This document shows positions 8,512 to 17,478 of a DNA stretch of 64,000 nucleotides, piece by piece. Origin of the DNA: Patescibacteria group bacterium (lineage in GTDB: Bacteria; Patescibacteriota; Microgenomatia; UBA1406; GWC2-37-13); assembly GCA_049323035.1 (NCBI GenBank), contig JBMOLB010000005.1, positions 110,402 to 174,401 on the forward strand, given 5' to 3'. Made by a program: the position numbers and the translations under genes. The notes below the pieces were generated by a model that made no database searches, was not told the DNA's origin, and saw only the letters and a list, made by a program, of their open reading frames with translations. The first letter of the stretch is position 1; each line of letters opens with the position of its first letter.

Positions 8512-9267
8512 ATGAAGCTATCTTTGTGCCTTGCGGTATTCAACGAGGAAAAGAACATCCATTATCCATTGGATTCCGCTTACGACTTTGCCGACGAAGT
8601 GATCATAGTTGATGGGGGATCAAGCGACAAGACGGTTGAGATTGCCAAATCATATGGCAAGAAGATCAGGATAATAACTTCCCCGAACCCGAAAATGTTC
8701 CACATCAACAAACAAAAGGCGATTTCAGCGGCAAAGGGTGACTGGATTGTCCAACTTGATGCCGACGAGGAACTAACGCCCGAACTAAAAAAGGAGATTC
8801 TTGAGGTGATTAATTCAAAAGAAGCGGCCGTTGCCTACAACATGCCGCGCAAGAACTGGTTCCTTACGCGTTTTTTGCTTAAGGGAGGCCAATACCCAGA
8901 CTACACGATCAGACTTTATAAAAACGGCGCCGCCAGATTCCCATGCAGGGATGTCCATGAAAACGTTGAGGTTAGGGGAGAAGTTGGTTTTTTGAAAAAC
9001 CCGCTCCTGCACTATGCTGATCCCGATTTCTCGAGGTATTTAATGAGATGGGACAGGTATACCACCCTTGAAGTGGAGAAGATGCCCAAGGGCACGGAAT
9101 TGGGCTTTTTCAGGCATTTCATTTGGCTTCCCAAGGTCACTTTTTTGATGATGTATTTCCGTCACAAGGGGTTTATGGATGGGTTTCCTGGTTTTGTTTT
9201 TGCTTTGTTTTCTGCCTTGAGGTTTATGGTTATCTACGTAAAGTGGTGGAAGAAGAATCGGAATTAA
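8512..9267 (+). CDS. family 2 glycosyltransferase
   Basis: N-terminal LCLAVFNEEKNI, then IIVDGGSSDKT, and a DxD-like LDADEE motif. Confidence 0.8.
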   Translation: MKLSLCLAVFNEEKNIHYPLDSAYDFADEVIIVDGGSSDKTVEIAKSYGKKIRIITSPNPKMFHINKQKAISAAKGDWIVQLDADEELTPELKKEILEVINSKEAAVAYNMPRKNWFLTRFLLKGGQYPDYTIRLYKNGAARFPCRDVHENVEVRGEVGFLKNPLLHYADPDFSRYLMRWDRYTTLEVEKMPKGTELGFFRHFIWLPKVTFLMMYFRHKGFMDGFPGFVFALFSALRFMVIYVKWWKKNRN

Positions 9268-10364
9268 GCGTTGACCTTGAATTCGACCACATCGCCGTCC
9301 TGTATGACATAGTCCCGTCCGGCCATCGTAACCAAGCCCTTCTCACGGGCGGCAACCCAGCCTGGAGCCTCGACGAATTTTCCGTAGGAGATGATATCCG
9401 CCTTTATGAAATGCTTTTCGAAGTCGGTATGGATCACCCCGGCGGCTTGGGGAGCGGTCATTCCGCGGGTGATCGTCCATGCCCTTGCCTCGAGAGTCCC
9501 TGCGGTCAGGAAAGATATCAGCCCCAGGGTTTCGTAAGCTTTTTTTATGAGCCTATTTAATCCTGTCTCCTCAAGCCCGAATTGGCCTAAATACTCCTTC
9601 TGTTCGTCGGGATTGAAGGCGACGATGTCCGCCTCCATCTTGGCGCAAAGAAAGATATATCCGGCATTCTCATTCTGAACTTGATTCAGTATCTCTTGGA
9701 TCTTTTTCCGAGTTGTTCCGCTATCTTGCAGTTGGTTTTCCGAAACGTTGAATACGTAGATCGCCGGCTTTGATGTCAAAAGATTCAGTTGTTTTATGGC
9801 CTCTTTTTCCTCGTCGACAAGCGCTTGGGATCTGACGGGTATGCCCTTATTCAGGTTTTCCCTTACCTTTGAGAATATCACCCAGGCTTCTTTGGCATCC
9901 TTTGAAGCTCCGTCGCCCTTGGGTTCCTTTTGCTTGTCCAAGGTTGCAAGGTCGGCGAGCATCAATTCCGCTTCGATTGTTGTTATATCAGAAACGGGAT
10001 CGATTTTGTCGGAAACATGGGTAACATTCGAGTCTTCGAAAAGCCGGCAAACATGGACGATGGCGGCCACCTCACGGATATGGGATAGGAATTTGTTTCC
10101 CAGGCCTTCGCCGGTTGAGGCACCACGGACTAGGCCGGCAATGTCATAGAATTCGACAACGGCGGGGACGATCTTCTGGGTATTGACGATTTTCGCAAGT
10201 ACGGGCAACCTTTCGTCCGGAACTTCAATTACGCCGACATTTGGCTCTATGGTGCAGAACGGGTAATTAGCCACATTGGCCACCTGTTTCTTCAAAAGGG
10301 CATTAAATAGGGTTGATTTGCCGACATTTGGAAGTCCGACGATTCCGATTGAGAGTTTTGCCAT
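9264..10364 (-). CDS. ychF: ribosome-binding ATPase YchF (Obg-family GTPase)
   Basis: P-loop [15 protein letters not shown], a coiled insertion, and a C-terminal TGS-like domain ending [10 protein letters not shown]. Confidence 0.95.
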   Translation of the reverse strand: MAKLSIGIVGLPNVGKSTLFNALLKKQVANVANYPFCTIEPNVGVIEVPDERLPVLAKIVNTQKIVPAVVEFYDIAGLVRGASTGEGLGNKFLSHIREVAAIVHVCRLFEDSNVTHVSDKIDPVSDITTIEAELMLADLATLDKQKEPKGDGASKDAKEAWVIFSKVRENLNKGIPVRSQALVDEEKEAIKQLNLLTSKPAIYVFNVSENQLQDSGTTRKKIQEILNQVQNENAGYIFLCAKMEADIVAFNPDEQKEYLGQFGLEETGLNRLIKKAYETLGLISFLTAGTLEARAWTITRGMTAPQAAGVIHTDFEKHFIKADIISYGKFVEAPGWVAAREKGLVTMAGRDYVIQDGDVVEFKVNA

Positions 10365-10407
10365 AGGGACAATTATATCAGTTAATATTGACTATACCCC
10401 ATTGTTG

Positions 10408-10995
10408 TTAAACAAATTTATTTTCTGCAAATGTTTTTCTTCCATCATGAAGCGTGAAATAATAAGATGGTTTGATTATTCTCAAAATTGCCAATAGTTT
10501 TTGTTCTATAGGTCCCTCTCCAGCCCTCCTCAAATCTGCAATAAACAGTCTTTGGTTTGTAAATCTGTCCTGAACATAATTTAATGTAAATAACGGGTAG
10601 GCCGGATCAGGCCACTGTTCTGGTGCCGCTCCTTTTGCTGCAGCGACTATTTCGTAATGGCTTGCAGGTGATATATAGACATCATAATCTTCCCATGTCT
10701 TCGGTTCAGGTGTTTTTGGTATTAATACACCATCAAAACACGATCGATCTTCCATTTTCTTTTCATGTAAGTTATACCTTGGGATGTCGTGAAAAAATTT
10801 GTGGTAGTTAATACCAACTTCGTTATTTTCAACATTCTGGACTTGAATAGCTCTTCGTCTTCTAATAAAACTGGATTCCACGGGATCAAGCAGAACAGGA
10901 ACAGGTTTGTTTTTATATATAGGGTCTTTTCTATTATTCAGGGTATATCTGAAAACCTCATATTGTGAAACGACCTGCTCCCCTTGATCTAGCAT
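10408..10995 (-). CDS. hypothetical protein
   Basis: 195-aa ORF in locally AT-rich DNA. No signal peptide and no recognisable motif. Confidence 0.45.
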   Translation of the reverse strand: MLDQGEQVVSQYEVFRYTLNNRKDPIYKNKPVPVLLDPVESSFIRRRRAIQVQNVENNEVGINYHKFFHDIPRYNLHEKKMEDRSCFDGVLIPKTPEPKTWEDYDVYISPASHYEIVAAAKGAAPEQWPDPAYPLFTLNYVQDRFTNQRLFIADLRRAGEGPIEQKLLAILRIIKPSYYFTLHDGRKTFAENKFV

Positions 10996-11021
10996 TCTTT
11001 ATTTTACAGAAGAATCATCCT

Positions 11022-12974
11022 TTATAACTGCTGGCTGGTTTTTTGCCGAAGGAAAATGAATATTCCAATCGCGCCTGCGATCAGGACGACAAATACCACT
11101 GCCGTAAGGAGAAGTGGATCGAGACCGGTCTTCTTTGCAATTGCCGTCAACGCGGCGTTGTTTTTGAGGTTTTGGATTGGATTCTGGTTACTCAATTTTT
11201 GAGCGGTACTTTCCTTTTGGGCGGCTATCGCAGCCTCAGCCTCTTTTTTATTGTCTTCAGCTATAAGACTCTTGCCGTCCTTGGTGGCGGTTATGAGGTT
11301 TATTCTGTTGGTTTTCAGGTATTCGGAGTTGTTTTTTGCAAACTGGTATGTCCTTTGGGTTGACTTCTTTCCGGTTACCGGATTGGTGAACTCCAGCTGA
11401 TACTCCATTGTCGGGATGTTCGAGGGGGAGACAACGAAGTAGCCTTTTTCGTCTGCCTTGGTTTCATAATACACGCCCCCGGTTTTCCTCAGTCTAAGCT
11501 TTACGACGGCATTCGGTATAACCTGTTTTTGAGTGTCGTAAGCATAGCCTTCTATATATGAGGGCATCGGGTCGACGGTTATCTTACTCAAGATTGTAGC
11601 GGCATTGACATCAAAACCGAAAAATCTCTTGATCAGCCAGGCAAAGTCGCCGGTCAAATTCGCTTTTGTGAAAACGACCTCAAGCGGCGCCGCCTGGGAA
11701 ATAGAGGATACGGGTACGCTTACCGTATAATGGCCGGAATTGTTTGCCTTCTGACTGCCGAGTTGCTGGCCGTCCTGCATGACGCTGACCAAGGTCAACG
11801 GGTGGGAGACTTTCCCCTTAAAGGTATATACAAGGTTGTCCTTGTTGATGTCGTAAAAAATACTCACGACCTGATCGGCCACATATGGCGCACCAAGAGG
11901 CGTCAATGGCACGTTGCGGCATTCCGGATCGGGTGATTTTTTGATGACTTCCATGGGTGTATCGATGATTTCATTTATGGCCTCGCCCGGCTTATAAAGG
12001 GAACAAAAACTGCCGTTGGTATCCTGGAATACATAAACCCTTTCGGCATTACTGTTAAGGGGAGGACTGCTTTCAAACTTGTAGTTTGCGGGTGGAGTAA
12101 GAACCAGGGTGTATGTTCCGGCCTGTACGGCGTAGTTGAAAACACCGTCCGGTCCGGTTTTCTGATCGTTGACGAATCCGTCATACGATACCTTTTTCCC
12201 ATCCTTATCAAGGATCGTCACGGTAACACCGGACAACGGCTCAAGGCTTTTAGCATCGAAAACGATCCCGTACGGGTCGTGATGAGTCCAGCTTATGCTG
12301 GCGCAGTCCGTTCCTGACGTATCCGGGAATTCAAATTCAAAAGTCCCTTGCTGTTGTCCGCCCTCGTCGAAAACCCCAACATCGACGTTGTTTTTCTTGA
12401 CAATCTGTATGCCGTAAAAACTGTATCCGCCGGAATCCGCCGTAGTTCCATAGATGACGGCATCGTAATTGACGGTTCCAATGGAATCGGACGTCGCTTT
12501 CGATCCCTCAGTGCTGGTCCCCGGAACATAAAATTTGACATTTATAAGCTGCGTAAGGTCGGTATTGGCGGCAGTACCCTGGTTAATGACGACCGTTTGG
12601 CCGGTCGAGTTCTGGATTTCCAGGTCCGAAAAGAAAAGATAGTCGTCGTTTGTCTTGTTGCCTGTCGAGCAGGTTCTTCCGGCGTCAGTTCCCTTGCAGG
12701 CAATCGCGTAGACGTCCGTGACCGGGTGGAAGGTGCCGGTCAGGTATTTTTTTAGCGATTGGGGGCTAGGGGGATCGTGCCACGTCAGATTGAAGGAGTC
12801 GGGTATTTTTTGGCCGGTTGCCGGATCGACCCGGTTCTTCAAACAGCTGGTAATCCTGTCCTCGGTCGCATTTGATTGGGCATTGACGGAAAAAACCAGG
12901 AAGGAGAAGAAGTTGAAAAGGAGAGCAAAAATAGTCACAATCGAGGCTATTTTCATTCTTTTGTAAGAGCTCAT
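11022..12974 (-). CDS. large surface protein with carboxypeptidase-regulatory-like beta-sandwich repeats and a C-terminal TM anchor
   Basis: Signal peptide (FSVNAQ). Two CarboxypepD_reg-like blocks (VTVTILDKDGK...TGPDGVFNY...GTYTLVL; GYAYD...KADEKGYFVV). Charged coiled segment, then a C-terminal TM helix. Confidence 0.65.
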   Translation of the reverse strand: MSSYKRMKIASIVTIFALLFNFFSFLVFSVNAQSNATEDRITSCLKNRVDPATGQKIPDSFNLTWHDPPSPQSLKKYLTGTFHPVTDVYAIACKGTDAGRTCSTGNKTNDDYLFFSDLEIQNSTGQTVVINQGTAANTDLTQLINVKFYVPGTSTEGSKATSDSIGTVNYDAVIYGTTADSGGYSFYGIQIVKKNNVDVGVFDEGGQQQGTFEFEFPDTSGTDCASISWTHHDPYGIVFDAKSLEPLSGVTVTILDKDGKKVSYDGFVNDQKTGPDGVFNYAVQAGTYTLVLTPPANYKFESSPPLNSNAERVYVFQDTNGSFCSLYKPGEAINEIIDTPMEVIKKSPDPECRNVPLTPLGAPYVADQVVSIFYDINKDNLVYTFKGKVSHPLTLVSVMQDGQQLGSQKANNSGHYTVSVPVSSISQAAPLEVVFTKANLTGDFAWLIKRFFGFDVNAATILSKITVDPMPSYIEGYAYDTQKQVIPNAVVKLRLRKTGGVYYETKADEKGYFVVSPSNIPTMEYQLEFTNPVTGKKSTQRTYQFAKNNSEYLKTNRINLITATKDGKSLIAEDNKKEAEAAIAAQKESTAQKLSNQNPIQNLKNNAALTAIAKKTGLDPLLLTAVVFVVLIAGAIGIFIFLRQKTSQQL

Positions 12975-13004
12975 AATTCAATATACACTCTGGGAAAAAT
13001 CATT

Positions 13005-15173
13005 TCAAGTCGTTTTTCGCCCGTATTTTTCCTTGGAAAGGCGGATGATTTTATCCCGGTTTTCGTTTTTCATGGCCGGCGGCGGCAGGGTCTTGGCAGG
13101 GAACGGTGAGGATGTCATACCGTCGATGCACAACTTGAGGACGGCCTCGTATTTACCAAGCGATACCAAGTCGTTTTCGGTATAGATCTCTCCGTATTCT
13201 TTGGATAATACATATGCGTCCCGGGCACCGACGACAAACGACATCAGGGTTCCGACGTTTCCGAAAATCGCCCTTTGTATCTCCTCATCAAGCTGTTCGA
13301 TATACTGGTTGGCCAAGGTAAGGGACAACCGGTATTTCCTGGCTTCAGACAGTATCTTGATGAAGGAATGGGTGGCGAAGTTCTGGAACTCGTCTACATA
13401 CAGGAAAAAATCTTTCCTCTCATGTTCCTTTATGAAGCTCCGGTTCATGGCCGCCAATTGGAGTTGGGTGATAAGCATCGCGCCAAGCAAGGCGGTATTG
13501 TCCTCGCCGAGCTTTCCCTGGGATAGGTTAAGAATTAATATCTTGCCGTCGTTCATGATGTTTTCCAGATCGATTGAAGATTTGGTGCGCCCAATGATGT
13601 TCCTGATCATCTTCGAGGTGACGAACTGACCGACCTTGTTTTGGATGGGGGAAATGGCCTCTGCCTTCAAGCGGTCGGGCATTTTGGCGTATTCCTTTTC
13701 CCAGAAGTCCTTGAGAACCGGATCCTGGAGATCCCGTACAACTTTTTTCCGGTATTCGGCATTTGCCAAAAGAGCCAGGATGTCGACCAAAGTAGCCCCC
13801 GGGGCTTCAAGAAGGGTTAAAATCACGTTGCGCAAAATATATTCCAGTCTCGGCCCCCAGCTGTCCTTATAGAGTTTATAGAATATTGAGACAATTCCGG
13901 AAGCAACCAAATCCTTTTGCTGCCGGTTTTTTATCTCAAGGACGTTCAGGGAAAATGGCCGTTCGGTATCGAAAGGTTCGAGGTAAACAACGTCATTGAG
14001 GCGGCGCTTCGGGATATAGTCGAGGATTGCTTCGGACAAGTCGCCGTGCGGGTCAACGATGCCGACACCGCGGTCTTTCCTGATGTCGTCGATGGCCATA
14101 TTGGCAATCAAGGTCGATTTACCGACGCCGGTTTTACCGATTATATAAACATGCTTGCGTCGGTCTTCCGTCTTGATCCCAAAAATGGTCTCCTTGTTCT
14201 TGAATTCGGTCTTGGCAAAGAAATTGACATCCTTTTTCTGGTCCTCGTTTAGAGTATCGGCAACAGGCAGATTTTCGGGCGGTTCGCCCAACAAAGTTTT
14301 GCCCCAGGCAATGTTTTTGATGCCAGCCAAAAGGTAACCGGGCGGATGCCAGATGGTCGCCAGCTCCTGGGCGTTGAGAATCTGGAATTTCCTTTCGAAA
14401 TAGGAGATCTTCCGTTCCTTGATCCTTTTGAGAAAGCTTTCACCAAAAAATATTTTTTTCTTGAAAACGTACTGGTTGCCTTCGCCAAGGGAAAACGATC
14501 CGAATGTCCCGGCGAGTTGTGTCAGGTATGGCCTGGTGTCTACTGCCTGTTCGTTTGAACCGACCAATAGCCTGATCGCGGCCTTGCCTCCCTGGAACGA
14601 GGCCTTCTTCATAATGAGCTGCCTTTGGGGATTCTGGCCGTATTTGGCGGCAGCCTCATCGTAACTCATCTTGTGGGCGGCGCTCACGGCCTGGTCAGAC
14701 CAGGGGAAGTACGCCGGGGTAATGGCAACCTGGATGGCCATCTTTATGTTGGCCGGTTGTTTTGACATGTAGCCTATGAGGGACGACAGGGGATCGACGT
14801 CCTTGAAGTCGAAATAGGTCTTGGTCGGCAGGTATGTGTAGGAATTGAGTGCGACCTCTCCGTACGACAGGCTTTTGGATTTCATGATCATTTCCATCGG
14901 GTCGGAGGTTTTTTTGGCGGTCGAGGTCGGGAATGAGGAGGAAATAAGGCTGTTCACAAAGGTCTGGGTTTCGGCCGGAACGGTGACATAAAAATACAGA
15001 GTTTGACTCAAGAGATAAATCTCAAAGGCGTAAGTTTTCGGATGGATGAAAAAACGCCTCAATAACGGGATATAGGGATAGGGGAGGAGTGAGGCAAAAA
15101 TCTGTGTCGCCGACTCGATCGGCGTTTCGTCATCTTTAGGATTGCGGATTTGTAAGTGGGAAAGGTTTGACAT
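13005..15173 (-). CDS. VirD4/TraD/TraG-like (type IV secretion coupling protein family) P-loop ATPase
   Basis: Walker A IIGKTGVGKST. Walker B FFLYVDEFQNF. A large unannotated N-terminal domain of about 330 aa. C-terminal TLANQY...GNVGT pattern as in the TraD/FtsK-like DNA-binding ATPases. Confidence 0.7.
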   Translation of the reverse strand: MSNLSHLQIRNPKDDETPIESATQIFASLLPYPYIPLLRRFFIHPKTYAFEIYLLSQTLYFYVTVPAETQTFVNSLISSSFPTSTAKKTSDPMEMIMKSKSLSYGEVALNSYTYLPTKTYFDFKDVDPLSSLIGYMSKQPANIKMAIQVAITPAYFPWSDQAVSAAHKMSYDEAAAKYGQNPQRQLIMKKASFQGGKAAIRLLVGSNEQAVDTRPYLTQLAGTFGSFSLGEGNQYVFKKKIFFGESFLKRIKERKISYFERKFQILNAQELATIWHPPGYLLAGIKNIAWGKTLLGEPPENLPVADTLNEDQKKDVNFFAKTEFKNKETIFGIKTEDRRKHVYIIGKTGVGKSTLIANMAIDDIRKDRGVGIVDPHGDLSEAILDYIPKRRLNDVVYLEPFDTERPFSLNVLEIKNRQQKDLVASGIVSIFYKLYKDSWGPRLEYILRNVILTLLEAPGATLVDILALLANAEYRKKVVRDLQDPVLKDFWEKEYAKMPDRLKAEAISPIQNKVGQFVTSKMIRNIIGRTKSSIDLENIMNDGKILILNLSQGKLGEDNTALLGAMLITQLQLAAMNRSFIKEHERKDFFLYVDEFQNFATHSFIKILSEARKYRLSLTLANQYIEQLDEEIQRAIFGNVGTLMSFVVGARDAYVLSKEYGEIYTENDLVSLGKYEAVLKLCIDGMTSSPFPAKTLPPPAMKNENRDKIIRLSKEKYGRKTT

Positions 15174-15504
15174 CGTTTATGATTACAGTGTAACAGTTCC
15201 AGGCTTAAGTTATCAAGATAATGTATATCTTACTTATACAAATAATGTTTATTTGCATAAGTAAGAAGGTAAAAGATGGAGTAAGGATTTATGGTCGCCG
15301 AAAAGGGCGAAGGGCGCGTGTGCGACCAAGTCCATGGAACAATTCCATTTTTACCTTCAGTCAAGGCCCAGGCAGATGTTGCCAGCTTGAGCCCTGTCGG
15401 GTTTTTCAGGAATCCTCTAATGGGGATAAAGCATCTTGGGTATCGCAACCAAAGCCACGTATTGCTCTGCGCAATCATAGTGTTATCTGCCTACCGATTA
15501 ACGG

Positions 15505-16428
15505 TTAGGGGTAAATTCCATAAGGAGGAGCCGGGAGCATACCATGACCAAAGTTTTCCCAATCGGAAATCGTCAAAAACTTGAATGGCGGCTGGATTAC
15601 ATACAGATCGCATGTTGTGTAGACGACAGTCTCACTGACGTTCATCGTGCCGATGCAACCCCCGTATGGATCAATGGGAAGTTTATTCAAATCAGCCAAG
15701 TTGTCAATCTTGGTTTCCCAGATGATTGTGCCCGCAGGAATGAAACTGTAGGTAACGGTGGTAAAGTTGCCTCCATAGTACTCCCCCCATTTTTGATATG
15801 CTTCGTCGAGCAGCATGACCAGATTATTCTCCGGGGTGAGCGATGCCCATATACTCAGAAGGTCGGCAGACGTGAATGGTGCCGGTATGATATTGGGCGT
15901 GGAGGTCGGATCGACCGCGGCTGGTGTCTGGATGACTATCTGGGTCGGCAGAACTGGGGGCCAATTAGGCCAGCCTGGAAATAAAACGGAAGGATTTGCC
16001 GAAATCTGATTCAACTCTATCTGTTTTCCGCCGATTGCCATGGTGAGGCTCTTCGTTGTCAAGTATGTTGAAGCCAAACCGGTCTGCGCGCCAGCCACTT
16101 GATAGAAATCCTGTCCTTCGATTGCGGGTTGATTGCCATTGATTACAAATGGATTCGTTCCTTTGATGGGATCATTTACCAATATCAAGGCGTTGGCAGG
16201 TACGGTATAGCCCGCATCAAAAGAAGTTGCTTCGGCGAAGGAAGTGAGTTTTGTATGAAAACACAGATGGGTAAACACTCCGGTGTTATTGACACATTCT
16301 TCCCATACTTTGGTGACTTTGCTTTCGATGGTCATCGTGGTGACGGAGGGAGCGTTTGAGGGCATATTGCACGCCGCCAATATAAAGACCAGCATTAAAC
16401 TGATCGCTTGCCAAATTCTCTTGCTCAT
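15505..16428 (-). CDS. lipoprotein, function unknown
   Basis: Lipobox LAAC after a hydrophobic signal. AGGAGA SD upstream. GC is higher than in neighbouring DNA. Confidence 0.6.
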   Translation of the reverse strand: MSKRIWQAISLMLVFILAACNMPSNAPSVTTMTIESKVTKVWEECVNNTGVFTHLCFHTKLTSFAEATSFDAGYTVPANALILVNDPIKGTNPFVINGNQPAIEGQDFYQVAGAQTGLASTYLTTKSLTMAIGGKQIELNQISANPSVLFPGWPNWPPVLPTQIVIQTPAAVDPTSTPNIIPAPFTSADLLSIWASLTPENNLVMLLDEAYQKWGEYYGGNFTTVTYSFIPAGTIIWETKIDNLADLNKLPIDPYGGCIGTMNVSETVVYTTCDLYVIQPPFKFLTISDWENFGHGMLPAPPYGIYP

Positions 16429-16600
16429 TCGATTTCTCCTGTATCTTTGATTTATCGTGTTGATTCGGATTCGTTTCTCCGTAAGGGAGTTTTCGCATTG
16501 CGAAAGGCCATAAGATCTTTTTGATCAGCTGCCTTAATTTTTTCGTGAGGTTTATTCCTCTATTAAGTTGTATGGCATCACCTCCTTTCAAGACAGATTT

Positions 16601-16825
16601 TTAGAACGAGCCGTACTTTTCGACCAGAGAATAAATAATATCCGGACCGAAAATCACACCTAGCACGCAAAGCACCACGACGACAAGGACAACAATCGTC
16701 CATTTTCCGTCTCCGGGAGCCATGATATAGCTTCCGCATTTGGTGCAATGCATTCCACGCACTTGCCACGGCTGTCCGCAATGTGGACAATGAACCGTGC
16801 CTTCCGGTTGATTACTTTTCGACAT
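16601..16825 (-). CDS. small zinc-ribbon protein with C-terminal TM helix
   Basis: The start is moved to the internal ATG, which is preceded by GAGGAG. CPHCG...CTKCG zinc ribbon, then TIVVLVVVVLCVLGVIF. The listed 130-aa extension runs through the conserved RNA motif. Confidence 0.5.
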   Translation of the reverse strand: MSKSNQPEGTVHCPHCGQPWQVRGMHCTKCGSYIMAPGDGKWTIVVLVVVVLCVLGVIFGPDIIYSLVEKYGSF

Positions 16826-16947
16826 TTCATTTCTCCTCTTCACAGGTTTTTGACTTACTTGAACATTTTCTTTAGAACCAGTACGAATATGATCGTTATC
16901 AAAATCTTTACTACTAACATTTTCTTTTCTCTCCTTTCCAACAGAAT

Positions 16948-17071
16948 GACTTGCTCCCTGGAGCCAAATTATTAGCTTCAAAGTGCAAGCCATTCTTTCC
17001 CTAATGGGTTAAATCTTTTGGATCCTGAAACAGTCCAGGGTAACAAGATATAACCGTTCGGAAAGAAAGGA
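16948..17071 (-). ncRNA. conserved structured leader/RNA motif, copy 1
   Basis: About 124 nt, roughly four-fifths identical to 25159-25281. Two helices are kept by G-U/compensatory changes on the minus strand. It lies upstream of a small-TM-protein/lipoprotein cassette. Confidence 0.4.
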
Positions 17072-17368
17072 TAAAGGAAATTAACCTGAAAACCCGTTTT
17101 TTTAAAGTGCGACGGCTAAATATGGTCGCTCATGCTAAATAAGCGACTTATCCGCCACAATTCTTCTCCCGAATGGAATTCTTGCAACAGCTATTATTGC
17201 CGTCGTTCCGTTTCGGTTTCCCTTTTTGGGGGAATTGAGAACGTGGGGCTTTAACCCCAAGAAGCGAAGAACTAGATTTGCGCTGATTCTTCAGTTCCTG
17301 GAATTAATCCTATAAAAATAAAAAAACTCGGGCGGAAATAGTCAAAAATTGGCTTTTCTGTGCTCGAG

Positions 17369-17398
17369 TTGACAAATGCCTAGATCAGATCATATATG
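17369..17398 (+). promoter_or_regulatory. candidate sigma70-like promoter for the giant GT-C gene
   Basis: TTGACA (17369-17374), then an 18-nt spacer and TATATG. Confidence 0.3.
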
Positions 17399-17478
17399 TC
17401 TTATAGTATACAGTATACAGCCTCAAAATTCAATCGGAAAGGGCAATTTTCCACGCAGTTGTTATAATCAACTTAACG

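Noticed and set aside
9123-9560. 145-aa plus-strand ORF spanning the GT2/ychF junction
   Set aside because: It overlaps the 3' parts of two well-supported genes and has no motifs.
16574-16589. GGCATCACCTCCTTTC as a fragment of a 16S rRNA 3' end (also at 24388-24403)
   Set aside because: No flanking rRNA-like sequence is present. It is better read as the reverse complement of a strong SD plus ATG on the gene-sense strand. It is kept as a finding only for its exact duplication.
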